The notes under the pieces are model-generated. The model was not told where the DNA came from, searched no databases, and saw only the letters and a program-made list of their open reading frames with translations. 64,000 bases of DNA from an uncultured Micavibrio sp. GTDB lineage: Bacteria > Pseudomonadota > Alphaproteobacteria > Micavibrionales > UBA2020. The stretch is from assembly GCA_964534445.1 (NCBI GenBank), contig CAZHOE010000003.1, positions 469,563 through 533,562 of the forward strand, in the 5' to 3' direction. Made by a program: the position numbers and the translations under genes. Shown one piece after another: positions 28,395 to 37,080 of the stretch (its first letter is position 1; each line of letters begins with the position of its first letter).

Positions 28395-28436
28395 AGTAAA
28401 GAAAAAGAGCCGGTCAGGGAAGGAACCGGCTCTTTC
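28395..28436 (-). terminator. rho-independent terminator of recA
   Basis: On the minus strand: aaagagccgg-ttccttccctga-ccggctcttt (10-bp stem) followed by ttctttacttt. Confidence 0.6.
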
Positions 28437-28466
28437 TCAGGGTACGCAGAGAAGGGTGTCAGGGGG

Positions 28467-29618
28467 TTATTCAGCGGAGGAGTCTTCTTCCTTCTCTTTG
28501 CGTGATTTGGTCTTGTTGGGCTTCACCTCTTCAGTGTCAACTTCGGCAACCTCGTCATCATTGGTTTCTTCGGGGCCGGCCAAAAGGGCATTGGCGACAA
28601 TGCCGGCGTTGTCGAAAATACGCTTTTCAATTTCTGCGGCCAGTTGCGGGTTATCTTTCAAGAAGGTGCGTGCATTCTCGCGGCCTTGGCCGATACGCTC
28701 CCCGTTGTAAGAGAACCAGGCGCCGGCTTTATCGACAATCCCGGCATTTACGCCGTGATCCAGCAGTTCGCCCGTGCGGGAAATACCTTCGCCATACATG
28801 ATGTCGAATTCAACCTGACGGAAGGGCGGCGCGAGTTTGTTTTTTACCACTTTAACCCGCGTCTGGTTACCGACAATGACGTCTTTGTCTTTCAGCGCGC
28901 CGATGCGGCGGATGTCGAGGCGGACGGAAGCATAGAACTTCAGCGCGTTACCGCCGGTTGTTGTTTCGGGGTTCCCGAACATGACGCCGATTTTCATACG
29001 GATCTGGTTGATGAAAATCACAACCGTGCGGGATTTGGAAATGGAGCCGGTCAGTTTGCGCAGCGCCTGACTCATCAGGCGGGCATGCAGACCCATATGG
29101 CTGTCACCCATTTCGCCTTCCAGTTCGGCCTTGGGCACCAGCGCGGCAACGGAGTCGATCACCAGCACATCCAATGCACCGGAGCGCACCAGCGTATCGG
29201 CGATTTCCAACGCCTGTTCACCAGCATCGGGCTGGGAGATCAGAAGGCTTGCAACATCGCAGCCCAGCTTGCCGGCATAGGAGGGGTCAAGCGCATGTTC
29301 CGCATCGATGATGGCGCAGTGCCCGCCCGCTTTCTGGGCCGAGGCAATGACCTGCAGGGCGAGAGTGGTTTTACCCGAGCTTTCCGGACCGTAAATCTCG
29401 ATAATCCGTCCGCGCGGCAGACCGCCAATCCCGAGGGCAAGATCAAGACCGAGAGAGCCCGTGGAGATCGCCTCTATTTCCTGTTTGGCATCGCTGCCAA
29501 GTTTCATGATGGAGCCTTTGCCGAAGGCGCGTTCGATTTGGCCCAGCGCGGCATCCAGCGCTTTTTGTTTTTCTGCTGCGTTCATTTCCGTACCCTGACG
29601 AAGTGGTGTGACTGACAT
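28467..29618 (-). CDS. recA: recombinase RecA
   Basis: [15 protein letters not shown] (Walker A), IVIDSVAAL, and L1/L2 loop blocks. Start at MSVTPL (29618) or [10 protein letters not shown] (29585). Unusually long mixed-charge C-terminal tail. Confidence 0.95.
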   Translation of the reverse strand: MSVTPLRQGTEMNAAEKQKALDAALGQIERAFGKGSIMKLGSDAKQEIEAISTGSLGLDLALGIGGLPRGRIIEIYGPESSGKTTLALQVIASAQKAGGHCAIIDAEHALDPSYAGKLGCDVASLLISQPDAGEQALEIADTLVRSGALDVLVIDSVAALVPKAELEGEMGDSHMGLHARLMSQALRKLTGSISKSRTVVIFINQIRMKIGVMFGNPETTTGGNALKFYASVRLDIRRIGALKDKDVIVGNQTRVKVVKNKLAPPFRQVEFDIMYGEGISRTGELLDHGVNAGIVDKAGAWFSYNGERIGQGRENARTFLKDNPQLAAEIEKRIFDNAGIVANALLAGPEETNDDEVAEVDTEEVKPNKTKSRKEKEEDSSAE

Positions 29619-29685
29619 GATGTGATTTCCCTTTGTTGTCTCACGCTGTGTCCGGAAGATCAATTCCGAATCTCTGTTCTCTATT

Positions 29686-29700
29686 GTGCATGATTTGTTC
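29686..29700. promoter_or_regulatory. possible alpha-type LexA (SOS) box, one mismatch (GTGC-N7-GTTC)
   Basis: GTTC at 29676, GTGC at 29686 and GTTC at 29697, upstream of recA. The alphaproteobacterial consensus is the direct repeat GTTC-N7-GTTC, and this site is imperfect. Confidence 0.25.
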
Positions 29701-29919
29701 TTACATGCAAGGGTAAAAGATACAAAAAGAGAACGAATTTATATCTAATTGATATTCAATGTTATTTTTGTTCCCCTGACGTTCTCTTGGGGTGTCCCCT
29801 GCATGGGGTGTTGCTTTGGGCGGCAAAGCCCGTTAGCGTGTGGTACATAAAAACAAAAGATAATGTACCGGCGGCGGTAAAACAGAGAAAACGAAACCGA
29901 TTTTTGCGGGAGAAGCCCA

Positions 29920-30504
29920 ATGGCCATTCAATACAAAGGCAAATCGCCAAACAGCCTGTGGTACGGATACCAGAATACCAAAGCGTTTTTCAAAGCCTTT
30001 GGCGATTACACGACCAAGCGTGATGCGCAGACAGGGGCCAAGAACAGCGGTATTGCGCTCGGGACTTTGGCGGTCGCTCAGATGGTCGTGATCCCCGCGA
30101 TTGCGTTTGTCCCGCTTTTGCCCTTGGTGGTGTCGCTGGCCTCTTCTGTTGCGGCGATCCACTTTGCCTTCAAGGCGTTTCACAATTTCAAAGAGGTGGC
30201 GCAAAGCCGCTTTGTTTCCAATGAAGTGAGTGCGGCAGAAGAACGCTGGGCAGATCGCAAAGCGCGCCCCGGCCTGTTCAAACGCATCGGCGCGGCACTC
30301 AGCAAAAAACAAGAACCCAAACAGGCAGACAAGCCCGATACGCGTCCGCGTACCGAAGGGCCGATCAGCAAGGGCGTTGTTTTTGATACCGAAGGCAAAT
30401 CGTTTGATTTTAACGACAACGCAGCACCGAACGCCAATCCGTCCAATAACAATAAACCGCCCGCCCCACCGAAAAAGAAAAACGGCAGCGGCCCCAAACC
30501 ATAA
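29920..30504 (+). CDS. hypothetical membrane protein with Pro/Asn/Lys-rich tail
   Basis: 194 aa. Two predicted TM helices (IALGTLAVAQMVVIPAIAFVPLLPLVVSLASSVAAIHFAF). Low-complexity C-terminus NANPSNNNKPPAPPKKKNGSGPKP. Confidence 0.45.
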   Translation: MAIQYKGKSPNSLWYGYQNTKAFFKAFGDYTTKRDAQTGAKNSGIALGTLAVAQMVVIPAIAFVPLLPLVVSLASSVAAIHFAFKAFHNFKEVAQSRFVSNEVSAAEERWADRKARPGLFKRIGAALSKKQEPKQADKPDTRPRTEGPISKGVVFDTEGKSFDFNDNAAPNANPSNNNKPPAPPKKKNGSGPKP

Positions 30505-30516
30505 GAGAGGCTTGCG

Positions 30517-30810
30517 TTGGGATTATCACGCGAAGAAGCTATACGCCTGAAAGACCGCTTGGCAGCAGATTTTATGAGCGCGGCTCGGTGTTTTGATCCC
30601 GCCGGTATGAACAGCGTTGCCGTGACGAATGTGACGGACGGCAAATACATCAAACTCGGCCCTAATAATCTTGCTGTTGAAGTCGGTACGAAACAGCCCC
30701 TGACGGAAGCCTTCAAAACAGAGATTGAGGATTGCGCCGCCGATGTGCTGGGCAGACGCCCGTCAGCAGAAGATATGCGTTATATCGTCAATCCGCCGTA
30801 CCGCCCTTAA
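30517..30810 (+). CDS. hypothetical protein (97 aa, TTG start)
   Basis: TTG at 30517, 7 nt after agagagg. No recognised family. Confidence 0.35.
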   Translation: MGLSREEAIRLKDRLAADFMSAARCFDPAGMNSVAVTNVTDGKYIKLGPNNLAVEVGTKQPLTEAFKTEIEDCAADVLGRRPSAEDMRYIVNPPYRP

Positions 30811-30816
30811 AAGGCT

Positions 30817-33321
30817 TTACACCTCGTCAATCACTTCCTTGACCTTGGTCGCCAGCTGCTTGAGCGTAAAGGGCTTGGGCAGGAACCAGACGTCGGCGCC
30901 GAGATGTTCCTTGAAACGGTCTTCGGCATAGCCGGAGATGAAGATAATTTTCACGCTCGGATATTTTTCCTTCACTTGTTTGGCAAGCGTGGTGCCGTCC
31001 ATTTCCGGCATCATCACGTCGGTGATCAGTATTTCCGGCACGATCTTGCCTTCTGCCAGCAATTGCAGCGCTGCCGCACCGCCGGGGGCATCCATCACCT
31101 GATAGCCTTTGTTCGACAGCGCGCGGGCGGAGAAAGTGCGTACGGCGTCTTCATCTTCCACCAGCAAAATACGGGCAGAGCCGGTAAGGTCGCTCGTGGC
31201 CAGTTTTTCTTCGACAACTTCGCTTTTTTGTTCTGCTGCCGTTTCGGTATAGCGCGGCAAATAGATGGTGAAGATAGAGCCTTTACCCGCGACACTCGTG
31301 ACAGAAATAAAACCGCCCGTTTGATGAATGATACCGTGCACTGTCGCAAGGCCAAGGCCTGTGCCTGCGCCAACGTCTTTGGTCGAAAAGAAGGGCTCGA
31401 AGATATGGGGCAGGATATCGACAGGAATGCCGGTGCCCGTATCCTCGACCACAATCGTGACCCAGTCGCCCGGCGGCAGCATGTCGTCGTTTGATAATTT
31501 GACGCCTTGGGGGTTCTTCAGATTTTGTGTGCGCACGGTGACCTTACCGCCCTGCGGCATGGCATCGCGTGCATTGACGACAAGGTTGATCAATACCTGA
31601 TCCATCTGCCCCTGATCGGCCTTGATAAGGCCAAGGTCGGAGCCGTGGTTCATTTCCAGCTCGATATTCGCACCGATCAGGCGGCGCAGCAGGTGGGACA
31701 GCTCGCTGAGGACGTCCGTCATATCCAGCACGCGCGGCTGCAAGGTCTGCTGGCGGGAGAAGGCAAGCAACTGGCGCACCAAGTTTGCGGCGCGGTTGGC
31801 GTTTTGCTTGATCTGCATAATATCGGCAAAAGATGGATCGCCGGGTTTATGGCGCAGCAGCAACAGATCGCAAAAACCGATCATGGCAGTCAGCAAGTTG
31901 TTAAAATCGTGTGCGATACCGCCCGCCAGCTGGCCGACAGCCTGCATTTTTTGCGATTGCGTGAATTGCTTTTCGAGGTTTTTTTGATCCGTCAGGTCAA
32001 TGAAGTGCAAAACAAAACTGTCACCCGCTTTGAATTTACGGGCATAGAGCTGCGCAACGATATCGACAGAGCCCTTGATTTTGACTTCAATGAAAGATTC
32101 AGGCCGCAGTCCGCGCGACAGCTGCTTCAGCCATTCCTCCACGCGGGCTTGCATATCTGGCGAAACGAAATGGAGCAGCGGCTTGCCGTTAATGGCATTG
32201 ACGGGCAGTTTCATCATGCCCGCCAGCGTCTGGTTGGTATCGCTAATTATGCCGTCGGCGTTCAGCATACAAATCCCGACAGGTGCTTCTTCGAACAAGC
32301 GCTCGAAACGGTCTTCGGACTCGCGCAGGGCCTGCTGCATTTTCTGCTCGTTCGTCAGATCATAGACGATGGAGCGGGAGATGATCGTGTCATCATCCGT
32401 TTTGGTGATGGAGTGGGTGATAGCCGCCTTGAAAACGCGGCCGCCTGCGCCTTTCATCAGCAATTCGCCATGCTGGTGAAAGCCGCCTTCTTCGAAACAG
32501 TCATAGGGGCGGCCGTTTGTGGGCGGGTTCAGCAGAAAATCATGCAAACGCATTTTGCCGATCAGCGTGTTCAGATCCGTCCCGAAAAGGCGCAGCAGCG
32601 TATCGTTGGCAAAACGGAACTTGCCATCCTCATCCACGGTGAAAAATCCGACAGGCGCATTGTCGGTAAAATCGCGCAGTTTTTCGCGTTCCTCACGGAT
32701 GGCGACTTCCATCATGTGGCGGTGGGTGATGTCGTCAAAACGCCAGTGCACATAGCCCGGCCAGCCGATGATATACTGGCAGCTGACCTGAAACCACGTG
32801 GCGCGGCCGCGCAGACGGGTATGGATTTCCATGCCGGCAGAGCCGGCGGGTGCGGCCTTGCTTTGCAACTCCTGCAATATTTTTTCGATTTTGCCCGTAT
32901 GCTCGAACAGGCGGGTGAAGGCGTGCAGGGTCGGCGCGCCCAGATCTTCGACCAGTTTGTTGAAACGTTCGTTGGAATAAACCGTCTCATTGGCGGCATT
33001 GGTAATCAGGCGCGCTTCGGCACTTTTTTCGAGGACCTCGGTCAGCACCTGACGGCTGCGGTCGGCATTGGTATAGACCTTGTTGAGCAGCAAGATGGAA
33101 AGGCCGCCGATGAGGCCGTAGAAATAAATCGCAAACATCGACAGCCCGATGCCGCCGTATACTTTGATATAGAGAATGAAAAGCAGGATGAACCCGTAGC
33201 CCGCGCTGAATATAAAGATCAGGGCATTTTTCAGCGCATTGCTGCGCTGGGTTTTCGTTGTCGTTTTTTCGGGCTTTTTCTCCAGAAAAAATCCGTTTTG
33301 CTCGGGCTGGGGCGTGGTCAC
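30817..33321 (-). CDS. cckA: CckA-like hybrid sensor histidine kinase/response regulator
   Basis: GTG at 33321 after the agggaga SD. 2 TM helices, PAS repeats, an H-box AVGQLAGGIAHDFNNLLTAMIGFCDLLLL (CckA-like), N/G1/G2 ATPase boxes, and a C-terminal receiver (ILLVEDEDAVR...DVMMPEMDG...K). The in-frame extension to 33585 is rejected. Confidence 0.75.
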   Translation of the reverse strand: MTTPQPEQNGFFLEKKPEKTTTKTQRSNALKNALIFIFSAGYGFILLFILYIKVYGGIGLSMFAIYFYGLIGGLSILLLNKVYTNADRSRQVLTEVLEKSAEARLITNAANETVYSNERFNKLVEDLGAPTLHAFTRLFEHTGKIEKILQELQSKAAPAGSAGMEIHTRLRGRATWFQVSCQYIIGWPGYVHWRFDDITHRHMMEVAIREEREKLRDFTDNAPVGFFTVDEDGKFRFANDTLLRLFGTDLNTLIGKMRLHDFLLNPPTNGRPYDCFEEGGFHQHGELLMKGAGGRVFKAAITHSITKTDDDTIISRSIVYDLTNEQKMQQALRESEDRFERLFEEAPVGICMLNADGIISDTNQTLAGMMKLPVNAINGKPLLHFVSPDMQARVEEWLKQLSRGLRPESFIEVKIKGSVDIVAQLYARKFKAGDSFVLHFIDLTDQKNLEKQFTQSQKMQAVGQLAGGIAHDFNNLLTAMIGFCDLLLLRHKPGDPSFADIMQIKQNANRAANLVRQLLAFSRQQTLQPRVLDMTDVLSELSHLLRRLIGANIELEMNHGSDLGLIKADQGQMDQVLINLVVNARDAMPQGGKVTVRTQNLKNPQGVKLSNDDMLPPGDWVTIVVEDTGTGIPVDILPHIFEPFFSTKDVGAGTGLGLATVHGIIHQTGGFISVTSVAGKGSIFTIYLPRYTETAAEQKSEVVEEKLATSDLTGSARILLVEDEDAVRTFSARALSNKGYQVMDAPGGAAALQLLAEGKIVPEILITDVMMPEMDGTTLAKQVKEKYPSVKIIFISGYAEDRFKEHLGADVWFLPKPFTLKQLATKVKEVIDEV

Positions 33322-33433
33322 GATGCTTTTTCTCCCTGATGTCGTTATTCTAACGATTTCAGGGTAAAAAATCCATGCCGATGGCGGGTAAAATACGGGC
33401 TTTTGGGGCGGTGTGCGCTGCTTTAGGGAAAGG

Positions 33434-34504
33434 TCAGCGCCGCAGCTTGAAGACGTAGGAGATGACTTCTGCCACCGCCTTGTAATGCTCGGACGGGATG
33501 ATCTGGTCGATTTCCATGGAATCGAATAGCGCGCGGGCGAGCGGCGGGTTTTCGACGATGGGAATTTTGTGTTCTTTTGCCACATCGCGGATCCGGATAG
33601 CTACAGCATCGGCGCCTTTTGCGACCATGACGGGCGCATCCATTTCTTCGGGCTTATACTTCAGCGCTACGGCAAAGTGCGTGGGGTTGGTGATGACGAC
33701 ATCGGCTTCGGGCACGGCCTGCATCATGCGCTGGCGGGCTTTTTGTTCACGCAGCGCGCGCAGCTTGCCTTTGACGAATGGATCCCCTTCGGTTTGTTTG
33801 AATTCGTCTTTGATTTCCTGCTTGCTCATGCGCATTTTTTGCATGAAGTCATAGCGTTGATAAATGTAATCGGCGATGGCCATGACGAACAGCACGGCCA
33901 GTGCCGCCGTCATCATTTTCAGGAACAAATCACGCAGCTCGAACAGGGAGGGCCCGAAATCCTGCCCGACAAAATGCTCCACGCCGCCGAAATACGGATA
34001 CAGCACCATAAAACAGGCGCCGAAAACGATCACAAGTTTGAAAATGCCTTTCAAAAACTCGACAAAGGAACGCATGGAAAATAGCCGTCCGAACCCTTTG
34101 ATCGGCGATATTTTCGAAAGATCGGGTTTCATCGGCTCTGTCGTGAACAAGGGGCCCGTTTGTACAAAGCCAGACATAAAAGCCACAAACATCAAGACCA
34201 AAAGCGGCACAAACAAAATACCGCCGACATCCAAAAACAGCTGCGCCATGACATTGCGGATACCGGCCGCATCGGTCGGAAACTGGTGGGCGAGGCCAAT
34301 GTATTTTTGCAAGGTTGTACGCAATTCGCGCATAATGCCGGGACCCGCCATGCCGACGACCATCGTGCCGGCAAACAGCATCAGGAAGTTCGATACCTCG
34401 CGGCTGTTGATGACCTGGCCGCGTTTTCGCGCCTCTTCCAGTTTTCGGGCGGTAGGTTCTTCTGTCTTCTGACTCTTGTCTGTGCTGTCTTCACCTTCTG
34501 CCAT
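33434..34504 (-). CDS. flhB: flagellar biosynthesis protein FlhB
   Basis: KTEEPTARKLEEARKRGQV, 4 TM helices and the NPTH autocleavage site (VITNPTHFAVAL). Confidence 0.95.
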   Translation of the reverse strand: MAEGEDSTDKSQKTEEPTARKLEEARKRGQVINSREVSNFLMLFAGTMVVGMAGPGIMRELRTTLQKYIGLAHQFPTDAAGIRNVMAQLFLDVGGILFVPLLVLMFVAFMSGFVQTGPLFTTEPMKPDLSKISPIKGFGRLFSMRSFVEFLKGIFKLVIVFGACFMVLYPYFGGVEHFVGQDFGPSLFELRDLFLKMMTAALAVLFVMAIADYIYQRYDFMQKMRMSKQEIKDEFKQTEGDPFVKGKLRALREQKARQRMMQAVPEADVVITNPTHFAVALKYKPEEMDAPVMVAKGADAVAIRIRDVAKEHKIPIVENPPLARALFDSMEIDQIIPSEHYKAVAEVISYVFKLRR

Positions 34505-34513
34505 CGCGCCTCC

Positions 34514-35290
34514 TTAAAATCCCAACAGGGTGGAAACGGTACCGGCATAGGTGTTCAGCCAGTAAATCATACCCGCAGAAAGCACCATGGTCAGCAAAAT
34601 CAGGCTCATCAAAATCTGCACGGGCAGGGCAATAAAGAAGATTTGCACCTGCGGCATCAAACGGCCGAGCAAACCGAAACAGATATGCACCAAAAGACCC
34701 GCAACGATGAACGGCATCGCCATTTGCACGCCTGTCTTAAACGCCGTCGAGACGGCGCGCGTGACCACCGCGGCAACAGAGCCCATCTCGATGAGGGATC
34801 CATCCGCAGGAAAAAGCGTATAGCTTTCCACCACAGCGGCGAGCAGGAAGTGGTGCAGGTTAACGATAAATAAAAGGGCGACCCCCAGCATGGAATAAAG
34901 TGCGCCGACAAGGGAGCCCTGTGTGGCCGTCGCGGGGTTGAAGACCATCGCGTTGGCAAAGCCCGCCTGAATGGAAACGGTGGAGCCTGCGGTATCCAGT
35001 GCGGTCATCATAATCCGCATCACGGTGCCGATAAAGATACCGATCAAGCCTTCTGCAAGCAAAAGCAGGATAAAGGCGGGGGTGGAGGCGGGCATCGGCG
35101 GAATACTGGAGGCCAGAAAAGGGGTCAGCAAAAAGCAAAAGGCAATGGCGAAGGCAAGGCGTATCTGCGGGCTGACAAAGCTGTCGCCAATCCCCGGCAT
35201 CAGCATCAAGGCCGTGCCAAAACGCATGAAAATCAGCAAAAAGGCGAAAACATGCGTAACGATGATGTCCTGTAACAGGGTTTCCATCAA
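34514..35290 (-). CDS. fliR: flagellar biosynthesis protein FliR
   Basis: 258-aa polytopic membrane protein in the flhB-fliR-fliQ context. Confidence 0.9.
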   Translation of the reverse strand: MMETLLQDIIVTHVFAFLLIFMRFGTALMLMPGIGDSFVSPQIRLAFAIAFCFLLTPFLASSIPPMPASTPAFILLLLAEGLIGIFIGTVMRIMMTALDTAGSTVSIQAGFANAMVFNPATATQGSLVGALYSMLGVALLFIVNLHHFLLAAVVESYTLFPADGSLIEMGSVAAVVTRAVSTAFKTGVQMAMPFIVAGLLVHICFGLLGRLMPQVQIFFIALPVQILMSLILLTMVLSAGMIYWLNTYAGTVSTLLGF

Positions 35291-35297
35291 CGCCGTC

Positions 35298-35564
35298 CTA
35301 CGTCATGCCGATGATTTTGTCGGCAATTTTCTCTGTAAAGGTGATCAGGGCTTCGGCCATCAGCGGCAGCATCAAAAAGATCGCCATGAAAATGGTGATG
35401 ATTTTGGGAACGAAAGAGAGAGTCATTTCCTGAATTTGCGTCAGCGCCTGAATAAGTGCGATGATCAAGCCGGTGACCAGCCCCACAAGCATGACGGGCG
35501 CGGAAATCTTGATCGTAATCATGATCGCCTCGCGCGCGAAATCCAAAATTTCTGCTTCTGTCAT
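35298..35564 (-). CDS. fliQ: flagellar biosynthesis protein FliQ
   Basis: 88 aa, 2 TM helices, QEMTLSFVPKI motif. Confidence 0.9.
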   Translation of the reverse strand: MTEAEILDFAREAIMITIKISAPVMLVGLVTGLIIALIQALTQIQEMTLSFVPKIITIFMAIFLMLPLMAEALITFTEKIADKIIGMT

Positions 35565-35624
35565 ATCGGCGCCCCAATATCCCGTATGCGTGGTGCGGCG
35601 GCGCGTGGCGGTATTAAAGCTCCG

Positions 35625-35945
35625 TCAGATCGGCGTCCGCATAATTTCCTGATAAGCTTGCACCACTCTGTCGCGTACCGCAAGCACTGTATTCAGTGCG
35701 ATTTCGGCATCGTTGACGGCCTGCAGCACGTCGGTCATGTCGGCCTGACCGAGCAGGGATTTGGCGGCTGTTTCTTCGCTGCGGTGCTGGGCGTCAATCG
35801 CGGACTGGCCGGATTGTTTTAAAATCTCGCCAAAGGAGGGAATGCCCTCCGCTTTTTTGGCGGCGCCGCCTTGTGCTTCCTGCGAATTTTGCAGCTGCTT
35901 CAGGGCATTGCTATAAGCATTGGTGGCGTCGTTAATATTTGCCAT
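35625..35945 (-). CDS. fliE: flagellar hook-basal body complex protein FliE
   Basis: 106 aa. C-terminal VLAVRDRVVQAYQEIMRTPI matches the FliE signature. Confidence 0.8.
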   Translation of the reverse strand: MANINDATNAYSNALKQLQNSQEAQGGAAKKAEGIPSFGEILKQSGQSAIDAQHRSEETAAKSLLGQADMTDVLQAVNDAEIALNTVLAVRDRVVQAYQEIMRTPI

Positions 35946-35969
35946 ATCTTGTTTCTCCGTCCTTTAAGC

Positions 35970-36380
35970 TTAACTGCGGATCAAATCGACCATGCGCATC
36001 AGCATGGAACGTGCCATTTCGATAACGCCAAGGTTCGCCTCGTAAGAGCGCTGGGATTCACGCATGTCCATCATCTCGATCAGCGTGTTCACGTTCGGCG
36101 TGCGGATGTAGCCTTGCGCGTCTGCCGCGGGGTGGTGCGGATCGTACTTCACCTTAAAATCACTCTGGTCGGAGGCGACCTTGTCGACTTCGACATAGCG
36201 CAGGTCATCGCTGCGGTTCAGTTCGTTTTTGAATGTGACAACCTGACGGCGATAGGGATCTTGCTCGGGCGAGGTCGCGGTGGTTTCCGCATTGGCCATG
36301 TTCTCGGAAATGACACGCATGCGCACGCCTTGCGCCTTCATGCCTTTTGCCGCCATTTCCATTGCTTTAACGAGATCCAT
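35970..36380 (-). CDS. flgC: flagellar basal-body rod protein FlgC
   Basis: ISENMANAETT rod-protein N-terminal motif, 136 aa. Confidence 0.9.
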   Translation of the reverse strand: MDLVKAMEMAAKGMKAQGVRMRVISENMANAETTATSPEQDPYRRQVVTFKNELNRSDDLRYVEVDKVASDQSDFKVKYDPHHPAADAQGYIRTPNVNTLIEMMDMRESQRSYEANLGVIEMARSMLMRMVDLIRS

Positions 36381-36419
36381 TTAATCCTCCGCTTTAACCC
36401 TATTGCGATCCGGCTTTTC

Positions 36420-36866
36420 TTATTGTGATCTGAGAGCTAGTTTCAGCATGTCTATGTTTTTTTGGTACAAATTGGTAATGAAGCGATGCTCGGTGTAGTT
36501 TTCGTTCATTTTCAGCACTTGTTCTTCCAGCACCACGGCATTTCCTGCCGGGGCGACTTCATAGGGCGCTTTTTGCTCATGTTTATGGGCACCGGCCGCT
36601 GTGGCTGTGGCGCCGCCAAGGCTCAGATGTGCGTTATCTGTTGTAGCTAATCCTGACAGCGCAGGGGCGGATACGGTGCTGTTCAGGGATGTCTTTGTGC
36701 CCACATCAGCCAGCATCGTCTTGAAATTCAAGGGTGTTAAGTCCTGCGGGCGGTATTCCGGCGTATCCGCATTGGCAATGTTCTGCGCGATGATCTTCTG
36801 ACGCTCTTCGACCCAGTCCATTTTCTGGACCATGGCATTCAGCAATGTCAAATTCTGGGTGGTCAT
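36420..36866 (-). CDS. flgB: flagellar basal-body rod protein FlgB
   Basis: IAQNIANADTPEYRPQDL motif. Positioned upstream of flgC. Confidence 0.85.
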   Translation of the reverse strand: MTTQNLTLLNAMVQKMDWVEERQKIIAQNIANADTPEYRPQDLTPLNFKTMLADVGTKTSLNSTVSAPALSGLATTDNAHLSLGGATATAAGAHKHEQKAPYEVAPAGNAVVLEEQVLKMNENYTEHRFITNLYQKNIDMLKLALRSQ

Positions 36867-37028
36867 TTTTTCCTCCCCTTACACGGGTTTGACAGAAGCC
36901 TTGCAAACACTATGCCAGACAGCGGCAGACTTGGGCCAAACCGTCAAAAACCCGAAACTTTCCCCGCGTTCACTATAACATAGATGTCGGATTGCATGTC
37001 TTGAATTTATAGTGTCGCATTATTGCCG

Positions 37029-37043
37029 TTAATAACTTGTTAA
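37029..37043. promoter_or_regulatory. CtrA-box consensus TTAA-N7-TTAA (TTAATAACTTGTTAA)
   Basis: Perfect match in the flgB / flhB-C-like divergent intergenic region, followed by TACAAT at 37051-37056. Confidence 0.4.
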
Positions 37044-37080
37044 TTTTTGCTACAATGCGGTCAGGTTTGGGGAGAATTTC

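Noticed and set aside
27226-28466. Looked for an ssrA (tmRNA) gene or other structured RNA next to smpB, and for recX/alaS after recA
   Set aside because: I saw no tRNA-like acceptor/T-arm (GGTTCGAATCC-type) sequence and no tag-ORF features. The interval is instead filled by the small paralogous ORFs.
31507-33339. 610-aa plus-strand ORF antisense to cckA
   Set aside because: Shadow frame of a gene with unambiguous HisKA/HATPase/REC motifs on the other strand.
33322-33585. 88-codon N-terminal extension of the cckA ORF, overlapping the 3' end of flhB
   Set aside because: The sequence is Ser/Arg/Pro-rich junk that overlaps flhB. A GTG at 33321 with an agggaga SD, placed just before the first TM segment, is a better start.
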